The notes under the pieces were generated by a model. It had not been told where the DNA came from and made no database searches. It saw nothing but the letters and a program-made list of their open reading frames with translations. From Acidobacteriota bacterium (GTDB lineage: Bacteria; Actinomycetota; Acidimicrobiia; Spongiisociales; UBA5794), in contig JADFQA010000011.1 of NCBI GenBank assembly GCA_022562055.1, positions 11,273 to 75,272 on the forward strand: DNA of 64,000 bases, given 5' to 3'. Both the position numbers and the translations under genes were made by a program. Below, piece after piece: positions 26,430 to 36,584 of this stretch (its first letter is position 1; the number at the start of each line of letters is the position of its first letter).

Positions 26430-28706
26430 ATGGCTCAAACAACTAAGAAACGTCGGGGTCAAGGGCGGAAAACGACGAGACGGTCGGGCTCCAAGCGATC
26501 GACCGCATCAAGAAAAACATCACAAAAGACCGGATTGCTTCCAGCGCTGCGAAGCATGAAAGTGCGGCTCCGAGATCGTCTCGGTCGTCAGACCGACGAT
26601 GTCTGGGGCGTCGTTCTCCTTGTCGGAGCGATCCTTCTGGGCCTGTCGTTTTTCGACAAGGCGGGTCCCCTTGGCAACTGGTCACGCGACGGTCTCGAAC
26701 TTCTATTTGGCCTGTGGGCGGTGTTCGTACCGCTGATTCTCGGGTACATCGGTTTTGCAATGGTCGGTTCGATACCGCGCAAAGATTACGCCAGGGTGAC
26801 GATCGGGTTGCTCGTCGTGTTTGTGTCTTCAATGGCCCTGTTCCATCTGTTGACGGGTGCGGTAGCGCTAGAAGGTTCGCTCGAAGAGGTAGTTGAGCGG
26901 GGCGGTGTTCTCGGATCTTTGATTGCGTTTCCGCTCGACAGACTGATTGGTTTCACGGGGGCAGCCGTTGTGCTGTTGGTCAGTGTCGCGATGGGTGCCT
27001 TGGTGGTTTCGCGAGCGACGATACGAGACGTGTGGCTCACCGTCTTCGGGAGTTTCCGACGACTGCGAGGTTGGCTCGGTATGCAAGCCGCCGCGACTGT
27101 AACTGCTCCCGCCTCGGCCCCACGCCAGGCTGACATCATTGTTGACAATGCAGGCCCGAAGTCGAAGGCTCCGTCCAAACCGAAGATCGCCAAGACGTCG
27201 CCACAGAATACGAAACCTCCTGAGGCACGCAGACCCGCGATTCCTGCACCATCGGGGGACGGCTACACCCTACCGCCGCTCGAATTGCTTGATCGTGGCG
27301 AAGGCGCCCACCAACCTCGCAAAATGTTGGAACGCACCGCCCAGGACCTTGAGTCTGCGCTGCTTGAGCACGGCGTGGACGCCCGTTTAACAAGGATCGT
27401 GCCGGGTCCGACCGTGACCCGCTACGAGATCGAGCTTGCCCCCGGGGTCAAGGTTTCGAAAATCACGAGCCTCAGCCAGGACATCGCCTATGCGTTGGCG
27501 TCGGTCGACGTTCGTATTCTTGCGCCGATCCCGGGGAGAAGTGCGGTCGGTGTCGAGGTACCAAACCGAAAGCGTGAACTTGTCACCCTGGGCGACATCC
27601 TCACCGCCGCGCATGCTTCGGGGGACACTGATCCGCTCAGGATCGGACTAGGCAAAGACATTTCCGGCAATGCCCGAATGTTGAAGCTCGACGACCTGCC
27701 ACATGTGCTGATTGCGGGTGCAACCGGCGCCGGCAAGTCTTCGTGTATCAATGCCCTTGTCGTGTCGATCCTGATGCGTGCGAAGCCCGACGAGGTTCGG
27801 ATGATCATGGTCGACCCGAAGCGGGTCGAACTCGGCCAGTACAACGACATACCCCACCTGCTCACCAGAGTCATCACAAACCCGAAAAAGGCAGCGGACG
27901 CCCTCGAATGGGCAGTGAGTGAGATGGATCGTCGTTACGACCTGCTTGCGGATGCCGGGGTGCGCGATATCACCAGCTACCGCACCAAGTGGGAGGCCGG
28001 TGGCCTCGACAAGGACGCCTTCGACAAGTTCCCCCGCATCATCATCATCGTCGATGAGTTGAATGACCTGATGATGGTCGCCGGGCGGGTCGTCGAGGAT
28101 TCCATTGTCCGCATTGCGCAGATGGCGCGGGCAATCGGGATACACCTTGTGCTCGCAACTCAGCGTCCCTCGGTGAACGTTATCACCGGGGTCATCAAGG
28201 CAAACATCCCGTCGAGGCTTGCGTTCTCGGTGTCATCGCAGACCGATTCACGGGTTATTCTCGATACGGTCGGTGCTGAAAAACTTATCGGTCTGGGGGA
28301 TATGCTGGTCGTCACCGCGCGCGAACCAAAGCCAGAGCGGATCCAAGGCGCCTTTGTGTCTGAAGGTGAAGTGCGAGCGGTGGTGGAGTACGTGAAAGCC
28401 CAGTGCCAGGCGCAGTACGACGAGAAGGCCGTGTTTGAGGTTGCTCAGAAGAAGGCGTCGCTCAAAGAAGAGTACGACGGCGAGGATCCGACGCTGATGC
28501 GCCAAGCAATCGAGCTGATCGTCCGTAGTCAGCTTGGGTCGACATCGATGCTGCAGCGGAAACTACGGGTCGGGTTTGCACGTGCCGGACGCATCATGGA
28601 CATCCTCGAAGAGCGCGGAATCGTCGGTCCCAGCGAAGGCTCCAAGGCCCGCGAAGTGCTGGTTACCGAGGAACAACTCGACGACCTGTTTGCGGAGTCG
28701 TCCTAA
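26430..28706 (+). CDS. ftsK: DNA translocase FtsK
   Basis: basic N-terminus, 4 TM helices, Pro-rich linker, FtsK/SpoIIIE motor (AGATGAGKSS Walker A; IIVDELNDLMM Walker B), gamma domain; ORF-track start is TTG 26409, ATG 26430 preferred. Confidence 0.9.
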   Translation: MAQTTKKRRGQGRKTTRRSGSKRSTASRKTSQKTGLLPALRSMKVRLRDRLGRQTDDVWGVVLLVGAILLGLSFFDKAGPLGNWSRDGLELLFGLWAVFVPLILGYIGFAMVGSIPRKDYARVTIGLLVVFVSSMALFHLLTGAVALEGSLEEVVERGGVLGSLIAFPLDRLIGFTGAAVVLLVSVAMGALVVSRATIRDVWLTVFGSFRRLRGWLGMQAAATVTAPASAPRQADIIVDNAGPKSKAPSKPKIAKTSPQNTKPPEARRPAIPAPSGDGYTLPPLELLDRGEGAHQPRKMLERTAQDLESALLEHGVDARLTRIVPGPTVTRYEIELAPGVKVSKITSLSQDIAYALASVDVRILAPIPGRSAVGVEVPNRKRELVTLGDILTAAHASGDTDPLRIGLGKDISGNARMLKLDDLPHVLIAGATGAGKSSCINALVVSILMRAKPDEVRMIMVDPKRVELGQYNDIPHLLTRVITNPKKAADALEWAVSEMDRRYDLLADAGVRDITSYRTKWEAGGLDKDAFDKFPRIIIIVDELNDLMMVAGRVVEDSIVRIAQMARAIGIHLVLATQRPSVNVITGVIKANIPSRLAFSVSSQTDSRVILDTVGAEKLIGLGDMLVVTAREPKPERIQGAFVSEGEVRAVVEYVKAQCQAQYDEKAVFEVAQKKASLKEEYDGEDPTLMRQAIELIVRSQLGSTSMLQRKLRVGFARAGRIMDILEERGIVGPSEGSKAREVLVTEEQLDDLFAESS

Positions 28707-28775
28707 CCGCTGATCGGCGACACCGGGTCTCGGCCCGTCGCAGTACCCTGTGCACAATGGAGATCTCGGCCCGAT

Positions 28776-30036
28776 TTGATGCGCTGTCTAAGGGTGCAGC
28801 TACCTCGTTCCGGTTCTCTGGTCTTATCGAAACACTGGTTGCCTACACCACCGCTGATTGCGTTCGGCGTGTTTGATGAACGAACCGATGTGGAACCCAT
28901 CACCAGCGGTCCGGTTGGCGCAACGTACTCGATATCGCCATGGCGGTCGCAGATCACCGAGCGCGAACACCGAGCCGGCGTCGATGCAATACGCGCCGCG
29001 ATCCGGGCAGGCGACACCTACCAAGTGAACTACACGTTTCAACTTGAGGCTGACTTTGATGGTGATCCGCAAGCGTTCTACCGCGATCTCATCGCGACCT
29101 AACGCGGCCGCCACGGAGCGCTGATCGACTGCGGGCGGTTTCAGATTCTGTCCGCGTCCCCTGAACAGTTCTTCTCGCTGCGGGGGCGGCAGCTGCACAT
29201 GACACCGATGAAGGGCACGTTGCCGCGGGGCCGGTGGCTTTCGGAGGACCGCGAACTGTCCGTCCAACTGGCTAAGTCACCGAAAGACCGCGCTGAGAAC
29301 TTGATGATTGTTGATCTCATCCGCAACGACATCGGAAGAATCGCCGAATACGGGTCAGTCAAAGTCGACGACCTGTTTGCGGTCGAGCCATGCGAGACCG
29401 TGTGGCAGATGACGTCGAAGGTGCGAGCGATACTGCGGGTCGGTGGGATGGATGGGTCGTGACGACACTGGCGAGTTGCGGGCCGAATTCAACGTTGCGA
29501 TTCGTACCGTCACGATCGACACACAGCGGGGCACCGCGACCTACGGCACCGGCGGTGCTATCACCTGGGAATCAGATCCGAGCAGCGAGTACGCCGAAAC
29601 CCGGTGGAAAGCTCGCCTGCTCACCACCCGGCGGCCCGACATGCGCCTCATCGAAACCATGCGATGGGATCCCGAAGGCGGATTCATGTTCCTCAATGAA
29701 CATCTCGACCGCATCGTCGAAAGCGGCATCTTTTTCGGGTTCGACGTTAGGCGAGGGGCAATTGTCGAGGCGCTGGAGCTAGTCGCGTCGTCTGCAAGCG
29801 CTCCACACATCACGCGGGTAGTGGTTGATCGGGCCGGTAGCGTCGAAGTCGAACAGCGCGAGCAGAGCCTCGCTTGTTTTGCGTCCGATCTGGTTGCGGA
29901 TGCGAAGGCTGTTCACCTCGCGCTGAGCCCGACCCCAATCGATGTTGACGACGTGTTCTGGTATCACAAGACCACCCAGCGCAGCGGATATGACCGACGG
30001 CTCGAGGCGGTTGATGGCGAAGAGCCATCTACATGA
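28776..30036 (+). pseudogene. pabB: aminodeoxychorismate synthase component I fused to aminodeoxychorismate lyase (pabB-pabC), multiply disrupted
   Basis: PabB blocks GDTYQVNYTFQ, PMKGTLPRG, ENLMIVDLIRNDIGR, NVAIRT, GGAITWESDPSSEY, then class-IV aminotransferase N-domain; in-frame TAA at 29100..29102, +1 frameshift/deletion at ~29443..29462, N-terminal ~150-200 aa and PabC C-terminal half missing. Confidence 0.75.
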
Positions 30037-30064
30037 ATAGCTAGCTGCCTGTCCCCGCGAGGGT

Positions 30065-30850
30065 TTAAGGGCGGACGGAGTCGAGGAAGTCGAAGATGTC
30101 GACGCCGTCTGAGAGTGACCGCATGATGTGCCCTTCGCCGTCTCGGATGTCGAGTGTCACTGTGCCTCCGAGCGATTCCAGCGTATCGGCCGTCTCCCTC
30201 ATGGGTCCGATCCAGCCGGGGTCCTCTCCACCGACAAACATCGCGACAGGCAGTTTTGCGAGATCGGCAAGGCTGCCCGCATCGGTGGGACCGGCTGGGA
30301 AGCCCGGGAACACCAGCACCGAGGCGAAACGTTCCGGCTCGAGGGTGGCGATACGAAAGGTGCTGCGCCCACCGTTGGACACACCTGCGATGTGGTACCG
30401 GCCGCCCTCAAGCTTGATCCAGGCAAGCTGGTCGAGGAATTCGGGGATGTACTGCTCTGAACCTTGGAAAAAGAGGACACCGTCTGGCGCGGCCGGTGTT
30501 ATCACGACCCACCCGCGTTGCATCGCCTGTTCGGCGTAGGTCGATTCTGCAAGCGAAGTCATTAGCCCGACACTCTGATCCCCTGGTGGCAACGCCAGCA
30601 GAACGGGGTACTGCTTGTCCGAGTCGAAGTCCTTGGGGAGTATCAGTCCGTAGGTGATCTCGGTCCCGTCTGACATCGTGGTCCTACGAATGTCGACCGT
30701 TCCGGGTCTGAGGTCGTCGGGCGCAACAGGCGACGACTGTGGGGGTTCTGATGAGGTCGCCACTGCCGGTGCGCCCGACACCTGCGAGGAACTAGACGCG
30801 CCACCGCAAGCCGCAAGCCCGATCGCGAAAAGAAAAAGCACACGTCTCAT
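30065..30850 (-). CDS. lipoprotein alpha/beta hydrolase (esterase, GxSxG = GVSNGG)
   Basis: start at MRRVLFLFAIGLAACGG lipobox; Ser/Pro-rich linker; nucleophile elbow HIAGVSNGG. Confidence 0.65.
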   Translation of the reverse strand: MRRVLFLFAIGLAACGGASSSSQVSGAPAVATSSEPPQSSPVAPDDLRPGTVDIRRTTMSDGTEITYGLILPKDFDSDKQYPVLLALPPGDQSVGLMTSLAESTYAEQAMQRGWVVITPAAPDGVLFFQGSEQYIPEFLDQLAWIKLEGGRYHIAGVSNGGRSTFRIATLEPERFASVLVFPGFPAGPTDAGSLADLAKLPVAMFVGGEDPGWIGPMRETADTLESLGGTVTLDIRDGEGHIMRSLSDGVDIFDFLDSVRP

Positions 30851-30876
30851 AACCCAACAGTAGGACGTCACGATCA

Positions 30877-31653
30877 TTACTCGTCCTCGGCACACACCGT
30901 GTGATCTGGCGGTTCAACCTGGACAGTGGTGTCGACTATCCCGAACCTGGTCTCGAGTAGGTCGGCTGCTTGGTCGAGCACGTCGTGGTGGTCGCCGCCG
31001 GCGGCCACCGTGATGGGCGCTGAAGCTACGTTTTCTCCAGTACTTACTGTCCACACATGCAACTTGTGGATACCGGTGACCGATTCGATCTCCGACAGGG
31101 ACGACCTGACTTCGTCGATGTCGATACTCTCGGGGGCGATTTGGAGAAGAATCCGCATTGCTTTCTTGCCGAGGCGCCACGCCCGCGGGACGATGAAGAC
31201 AGCGATCGCGGCACCGATGAGCGGGTCGATGATCTGCCACCCAGTGACCCATATGACGCCGGCCGCAAAGATCACGCCGATGGACCCGATCATGTCTGCC
31301 CATACTTCCAGGTAGGCGCCCTCGACGTTGATCGACTCATTGCAGCTTGCGCGCAGCAGCCGCATAACGATGATGTTCACGACAAGACCGACGATTGCAA
31401 TAACAAGCATGATGTCCGACTCGACGTCGACTGGTGTGCCGAGGCGGATGATGGCGATCGCCATTGCAAGGCCGATGGTGTCGGTGACCATGTGTCCGGC
31501 GTCAGAGAGAAGCGCAAAAGATTGGGTGACAATGCCGCCCACGACTTCGGCGACCATGAACACCGAGATGAGGAAAAACGAAATCGTGAGGAGGCGGAGA
31601 TGCGCGCTTCCCGACCCTTTCGGCACATGGTTGTGGTCTGCTCCTATTCCCAA
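30877..31653 (-). CDS. cation diffusion facilitator family transporter (CzcD-like)
   Basis: 258 aa, 6 TM, SFALLSDAGHMVTD signature, C-terminal cytoplasmic domain. Confidence 0.85.
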   Translation of the reverse strand: MGIGADHNHVPKGSGSAHLRLLTISFFLISVFMVAEVVGGIVTQSFALLSDAGHMVTDTIGLAMAIAIIRLGTPVDVESDIMLVIAIVGLVVNIIVMRLLRASCNESINVEGAYLEVWADMIGSIGVIFAAGVIWVTGWQIIDPLIGAAIAVFIVPRAWRLGKKAMRILLQIAPESIDIDEVRSSLSEIESVTGIHKLHVWTVSTGENVASAPITVAAGGDHHDVLDQAADLLETRFGIVDTTVQVEPPDHTVCAEDE

Positions 31654-31734
31654 AACTTAGCATAAAATGGGAAAACGCCGAAGCCCGGTGTGTCGAGTTG
31701 GTGTTCGCTGAGATGTGACTACGATCGCGGCGTC

Positions 31735-32631
31735 ATGGGCGACTACCACGTACACCTACATCAACACGGCCCGTACTCCGGCACCGGGCCTCGGCCCGGC
31801 GAATACCCTGACGGGCTTATCGAGTCGTACATCGAGGCAGCCGCTGCCCGTGGCGTTACCGAGGTCGGATTTACAGAGCATCTTTACCGTTGTGTGGAGT
31901 CGGCGGATGCCCTCGGTCGGTTTTGGGAGCGCGAGCCGCGCACCGACCTCGCCGATCAGGCTGCTGTGTATGTCGCGCAGGAGCGCAAACTTTCGTTGGA
32001 ACGTTACGTGGAGGTGGTCGAAGCCGCCAAAGACCAAGGCCTCGCCGTGAAACTCGGCCTCGAGATCGACTTTTTCCCCGACACGATGGCTGCGGTCCTT
32101 GATCTGATAGCGGACTATCCGTGGGACTTTCTTGTCGGCTCGGTGCATTGGATTGGCGGCTGGGCGTTCGACCAGGACGCCGTGTCATACGAATTTGACC
32201 GACGTGGTGTCTCCACAGCGTACGAAGAATATTTCGGATTGATCACCCAGCTTGCGGCGTCTGGCTCGGTGGATGTTCTTGCCCACATCGACCTCGTCAA
32301 GAAATTCGGGCATGTGTACCCAGGTTCCTCGGCCGAGCTGCACGAACCGGTTGTGAGCGCCGCGGCCGCCTCCGGTACTGCTGTGGAGGTATCGTCGGCC
32401 GGACTCTACAAACCGGTCAACGAGATGTATCCAGAGCGCGGATTGCTCGCAATGTTCAACACCGCCGGGGTCGCGATCACGCTTGCGTCAGATGCTCACG
32501 TGTTCAGCGAGTGCGGGCGTGACAACGACGAAGTTGTCCGCTACTCCAGGGCTGCCGGTTACTCCGAGTACGTCGTGTTCGACAAACGTGAGGCAAACTC
32601 AGTGCCTCTGCGGACTTTGGCGCAGACATGA
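31735..32631 (+). CDS. PHP-family histidinol-phosphatase-like hydrolase (HisJ/HisK family)
   Basis: MGDYHVHLHQHGPYSG N-terminal metal-binding HxH of PHP domain; 298 aa. Confidence 0.65.
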   Translation: MGDYHVHLHQHGPYSGTGPRPGEYPDGLIESYIEAAAARGVTEVGFTEHLYRCVESADALGRFWEREPRTDLADQAAVYVAQERKLSLERYVEVVEAAKDQGLAVKLGLEIDFFPDTMAAVLDLIADYPWDFLVGSVHWIGGWAFDQDAVSYEFDRRGVSTAYEEYFGLITQLAASGSVDVLAHIDLVKKFGHVYPGSSAELHEPVVSAAAASGTAVEVSSAGLYKPVNEMYPERGLLAMFNTAGVAITLASDAHVFSECGRDNDEVVRYSRAAGYSEYVVFDKREANSVPLRTLAQT

Positions 32632-34025
32632 AATACTCGAGCACCAGGGGAGGACTCCACGACGCAACCTTTGCAGAGGTACTGCTCGGAGGCCTTGCAC
32701 CAGACGGTGGGTTGGTAGTTCCGAATGAATACCCGTCCATCGAAGGCAGTCTTGGTGCGCTCGTCGGCGCCGACTATCCCGAGGTTGCGTTTGCCGTGCT
32801 GAGAATTTTCATTGGTGAGATGAGCGATTCGGATCTGCGCTCAGTCGTCAACGACGCCTACCGGCCAGGGATCTTTTCCGGACAGGGTGTGGTCCCCGTT
32901 GAACACGTTGGGGACCGATGGTTGATGGGGTTGTCGACCGGACCAACGTTGGCGTTCAAAGACTTGGGGATGCAACTTCTCGGTCGGTTGTTCGACTACG
33001 AGCTCACACGCCAAGACCGCACACTGACCGTCCTCGGGGCAACATCGGGGGACACGGGTTCGGCTGCCGAGCACGCAATGATCGGTCGCGCTCGCGTGTC
33101 GGTTGTGATGCTGTCCCCGCACGACAAGATGAGTCCCTTCCAGGCTGCACAAATGTACAGCATCGATGAGTCCAACATTGTGAACCTGGCGATTGAAGGT
33201 GTGTTCGACGATTGCCAAGATATTGTGAAGGCCATCAACGCCGACGCACAGTTCAAGGCGGCACACAACATAGGCGCAGTGAACTCCATGAACTGGGGGA
33301 GGATTCTGGCCCAAACCGTGTATTACGTGTGGGCGTGGTTGCAGGTCGGGGCAGACCGTGAGAGCGAGATTGATGTCACCGTTCCAACTGGAAATTTTGG
33401 CAATGTGTGCGCGGGTTGGGTCGCCAAACAGATGGGTGTCCCCATCAGACGACTCGTCGTGGCATGCAACGAGAACAACGTGCTGGACGAGTTCTTCAAG
33501 ACCGGCCGTTATGCGGTTCGTGCAGGCGAGGATGTTGTGACCACGTCAAGCCCATCCATGGACATCGCAAAAGCCTCGAACTTCGAACGGTTTATCTTCG
33601 ATCTGCTCGATCGCGATGCCGATGTTACGAAGGACGTGTTCGCAAGTCTGACGCCCGATACCCCACTCGAGCTGAGTCCCGCATTGGTCAGCGAAACCGG
33701 GTTTGTTAGTGGAACCTCGACCGAAGATGATCGCATGGCGACGATCCGGCAGGTCTACACCGATCACGGTCGCCTGATCGACCCTCACACTGCCGACGGG
33801 TGGCACGTCGCATCGCAGTACGTCGATAGTGCGGTCCCGATGGTGACACTCGAGACGGCGTTGCCCGCGAAGTTTGCTGACGCCATTGAAAGGGCGACCG
33901 GGGTCGTACCCGCACGGCCGGAGCGCTTCCGCGGCATTGAGGACCTTCCCCAGCACGTCACCATAATTCCTGCCGACACCGGTGTGGTCCGAACCCACAT
34001 CGAGGCGCTGCAAGCATCGCCCTAG
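32628..34025 (+). CDS. thrC: threonine synthase (long, E. coli-type class II)
   Basis: ATGA overlap; MKYSSTRGGLHDATFAEVLLGGLAPDGGLVVP N-terminus, PLP-lysine region FKDLG, 465 aa. Confidence 0.85.
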   Translation: MKYSSTRGGLHDATFAEVLLGGLAPDGGLVVPNEYPSIEGSLGALVGADYPEVAFAVLRIFIGEMSDSDLRSVVNDAYRPGIFSGQGVVPVEHVGDRWLMGLSTGPTLAFKDLGMQLLGRLFDYELTRQDRTLTVLGATSGDTGSAAEHAMIGRARVSVVMLSPHDKMSPFQAAQMYSIDESNIVNLAIEGVFDDCQDIVKAINADAQFKAAHNIGAVNSMNWGRILAQTVYYVWAWLQVGADRESEIDVTVPTGNFGNVCAGWVAKQMGVPIRRLVVACNENNVLDEFFKTGRYAVRAGEDVVTTSSPSMDIAKASNFERFIFDLLDRDADVTKDVFASLTPDTPLELSPALVSETGFVSGTSTEDDRMATIRQVYTDHGRLIDPHTADGWHVASQYVDSAVPMVTLETALPAKFADAIERATGVVPARPERFRGIEDLPQHVTIIPADTGVVRTHIEALQASP

Positions 34026-34089
34026 CCGCGTCCTCAGGATTCTTGCGCTCGCTCGTACCGCATACGGGTTCGTTTAGCGCCGGAATCCT

Positions 34090-35925
34090 TTACCGGAGGA
34101 CTCGGAGGGCAGTTTGGCGTAACCCCTCGGCATCCAGGCCGAGCTCTCGCAGTATTTTGGCGGGTTTGGCGTGCGGAATGAATTTCACGGGGACTCCCAT
34201 AACGTCAACACGACACGACGCTCCCATGTCTTCGAGCGCCGTGCGGATACCGGTACCGGCGCCGCCTTGTCTGAAGCCGTCCTCGATCGTGATGACGACG
34301 TCGTGGCGGGCAGCATCCTCAAGCATCGACTCGTCGAGAGGTTTGACAATCCGCGGGTCCCACACCGTTGTCTCAATTCCGTCGCTTGCGAGCAGCTCCG
34401 CGGCCTCGAGCGCCGGTGCGAGCATTTTGCCGACGCCGATGATGCAGAGCCGGTCGCCTGTACCGAGACGCGCCCGGCGCGCTGACAGGCCTGATCCCAC
34501 CTCGTCCTCTCCTGCAACAACGGCTTCGGTCTTCGGCCAACGAATCGACACCGGGCCATCACACAGCGAAACGGCGTCGGCCATCATTACCTGGAGTTCC
34601 TGATATGACGATGGTGCCATCACTGTCATCCCTGGCACCTTGGTGCACAGCACCATGTCGAGGACTCCGTGATGTGACGGCCCATCGTCTCCCGTGATTC
34701 CGGCGCGGTCGAGGCAAAAGATGACGTGCTGACCGAGCAGCCCGACATCCAGGTTTGCCTGATCGAATGCTCGGGTGAAGAACGTCGAGTAGATCGCGAC
34801 GACCGGTATCAGTCCGCCGAGGGCCATTCCGGCGGCGGCCGTCACTGCGTGTTGTTCGGCGATCCCGACGTCGAAGCTTCGATTTGGGAATCGCTCCGCA
34901 AAGGCGAGGACGCCAGTCGAATCGGGCATGGCGGCTGTGATGGCGACCAGGTTGGCGTGTTCCTCGCCGAGTTTGCAAAGGGTTTCCGTGAACGCCGCGG
35001 TGTAGCTTCCGGGGCTGATCGAACCGGTATCGTGCATCAGCTTGATGTTGTCGTTCTCCGCCGGTGCGTAACCCCGACCCTTCTGCGTGAGAACATGGAC
35101 GACGGTGGGTCCGTCGAATTTGGCAGCATTGCGCAGCGCGTTCTCGACCTCTTTGATGTTGTGTCCGTCGAAAGGCCCGATATAACGCACGCCAAGGTGC
35201 TCGAAGAAAGCCGGCGGTTCCCAAAAGTGCCTGATCGCCGCTTTCGCTGCTCCGAGAGCCCGGAACAGGAACCCCCCAAAGCGAGGAACATTCTCGGTCA
35301 CTTCCTCAAGCTTGCGCTGCCGCCGCATGTAAATCGGGTTCGAACGGATCTTGACAAGGCTGCCGCCGAGCATCGAAATCGTCGGTGCGTAACTGCGGCC
35401 GTTGTCGTTGAGGACGATCGTGATCTTGCGCCCTGAGTGACCGAGGTTATTGAGGCCTTCAAACGCCATCCCACCAGTCATCGAACCATCGCCTATCACT
35501 GCAACAATGTGGCCGTGATCCTTCGAATCGTCCAGGTCCCTGGCGGTTGCGAGGCCGTAGGCATAGGAGAGGACCGTGCTGGCGTGACTGTTTTCGATGA
35601 TGTCGTGTTCGGATTCTTCGGCACTGAGATAGCCACTTAGCCCGCCCTCTTTGCGCAGGTTTGCGAACCCCTCGCGGCGGCCGGTCACGATCTTGTGGAT
35701 GTACGCCTGGTGACCCGTGTCCCAGAGGATCAAATCTTTCGGCGATTCGAACACTCGGTGTAGCGCAAGCGTCAGTTCGACAACACCAAGGTTCGAACCA
35801 AGGTGGCCTCCGTTAGCCGTTACCGAGTCGACGACCAGCGTGCGGATCTCATCCGCCAGAACATCGAGTTCGTCGTAGTCGAGTCGACGGAGGTCCGCCG
35901 GCTCGTTGATGTGCTCCAGATACAT
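34090..35925 (-). CDS. dxs: 1-deoxy-D-xylulose-5-phosphate synthase
   Basis: start at MYLEHINEPADL (codon 214 of the over-long ORF); GHLGSNLGVVELT, LWDTGHQAYIHKI, GDGSMTGGMAFEGLN ThDP motifs; 611 aa. Confidence 0.9.
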   Translation of the reverse strand: MYLEHINEPADLRRLDYDELDVLADEIRTLVVDSVTANGGHLGSNLGVVELTLALHRVFESPKDLILWDTGHQAYIHKIVTGRREGFANLRKEGGLSGYLSAEESEHDIIENSHASTVLSYAYGLATARDLDDSKDHGHIVAVIGDGSMTGGMAFEGLNNLGHSGRKITIVLNDNGRSYAPTISMLGGSLVKIRSNPIYMRRQRKLEEVTENVPRFGGFLFRALGAAKAAIRHFWEPPAFFEHLGVRYIGPFDGHNIKEVENALRNAAKFDGPTVVHVLTQKGRGYAPAENDNIKLMHDTGSISPGSYTAAFTETLCKLGEEHANLVAITAAMPDSTGVLAFAERFPNRSFDVGIAEQHAVTAAAGMALGGLIPVVAIYSTFFTRAFDQANLDVGLLGQHVIFCLDRAGITGDDGPSHHGVLDMVLCTKVPGMTVMAPSSYQELQVMMADAVSLCDGPVSIRWPKTEAVVAGEDEVGSGLSARRARLGTGDRLCIIGVGKMLAPALEAAELLASDGIETTVWDPRIVKPLDESMLEDAARHDVVITIEDGFRQGGAGTGIRTALEDMGASCRVDVMGVPVKFIPHAKPAKILRELGLDAEGLRQTALRVLR

Positions 35926-36549
35926 TGGTCGAAGGTTCTCCGAAAAGAGGCTCAGCGGGGAATGTCGCGAGAACACTACCGCAAGTCGACACCGACATCT
36001 CTCGAATACTGCGTCTTGGTGATCGGCAACCGCCCGTTTCGATTGCACTATCGACGGCTGGCGCGGGAGCAGATCGGGAAGACCCTGGCTGACGAGGGCG
36101 CGACCTATTCCGACAAGTAGGGTTGTCTCATGAAGAAAACCACACAAGCCGCCACCTGGTCGGTGTCGGTGGGTTCGCTGGAATGTCCAGAATGCGGTGC
36201 GAATGCCGTCTCGACCGCGCCGGCGCCGTGGCGCCGTAGTGTTACCACATTCGTGCTGAAGGGCTCGCGCGTCCCGACGGTGTCGGTTTGTGACGCCGGT
36301 CACCAATGGCCCGCGGCGCGGCTGACAACACATCGCATCAAGGGTCGACGGCTTCGATGACCTCAGCGGACGGCGGCGACCGCCACTGACGCTGGAGCCG
36401 TGCTTGCTGATCACCAACCGCAAGGCGATGTGTGTGTGATGTTGGACCCTGCTGGTCACCCATTCTGCGTGTTTTAGGGCTTCATTCCGGTGGTGCTGTC
36501 GCGGGTGGAAAACACCAGTAAGAATCCCAAGAAATGTTGGGTTTTGGGG

Positions 36550-36578
36550 TTGACAATCGAACAAGTGTTCGATAGATT
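36550..36578 (+). promoter_or_regulatory. promoter TTGACA-17-TAGATT with embedded perfect LexA/SOS box TCGAAC-AAGT-GTTCGA (36557..36572); ATG 7 nt after -10 (leaderless)
   Basis: read directly; matches actinobacterial/mycobacterial SOS box consensus TCGAAC-N4-GTTCGA. Confidence 0.75.
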
Positions 36579-36584
36579 ACGGGT

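Noticed and set aside
25683-26462. 259-aa minus-strand ORF
   Set aside because: Arg/Ser/Pro-rich low-complexity translation typical of the antisense of a GC-rich gene. It overlaps the better signal-peptide ORF on the plus strand and the tandem repeats.
36130-36360. 76-aa ORF with CPECG...C..GH (possible zinc ribbon)
   Set aside because: Weak RBS, Arg-rich tail, lies in the dxs upstream region. Not enough support to call.
35926-36564. 213-codon N-terminal extension of the dxs ORF
   Set aside because: Arg/His-rich junk upstream of the conserved Dxs N-terminus MYLEHINEP. It would also run into the REP13E12 promoter.
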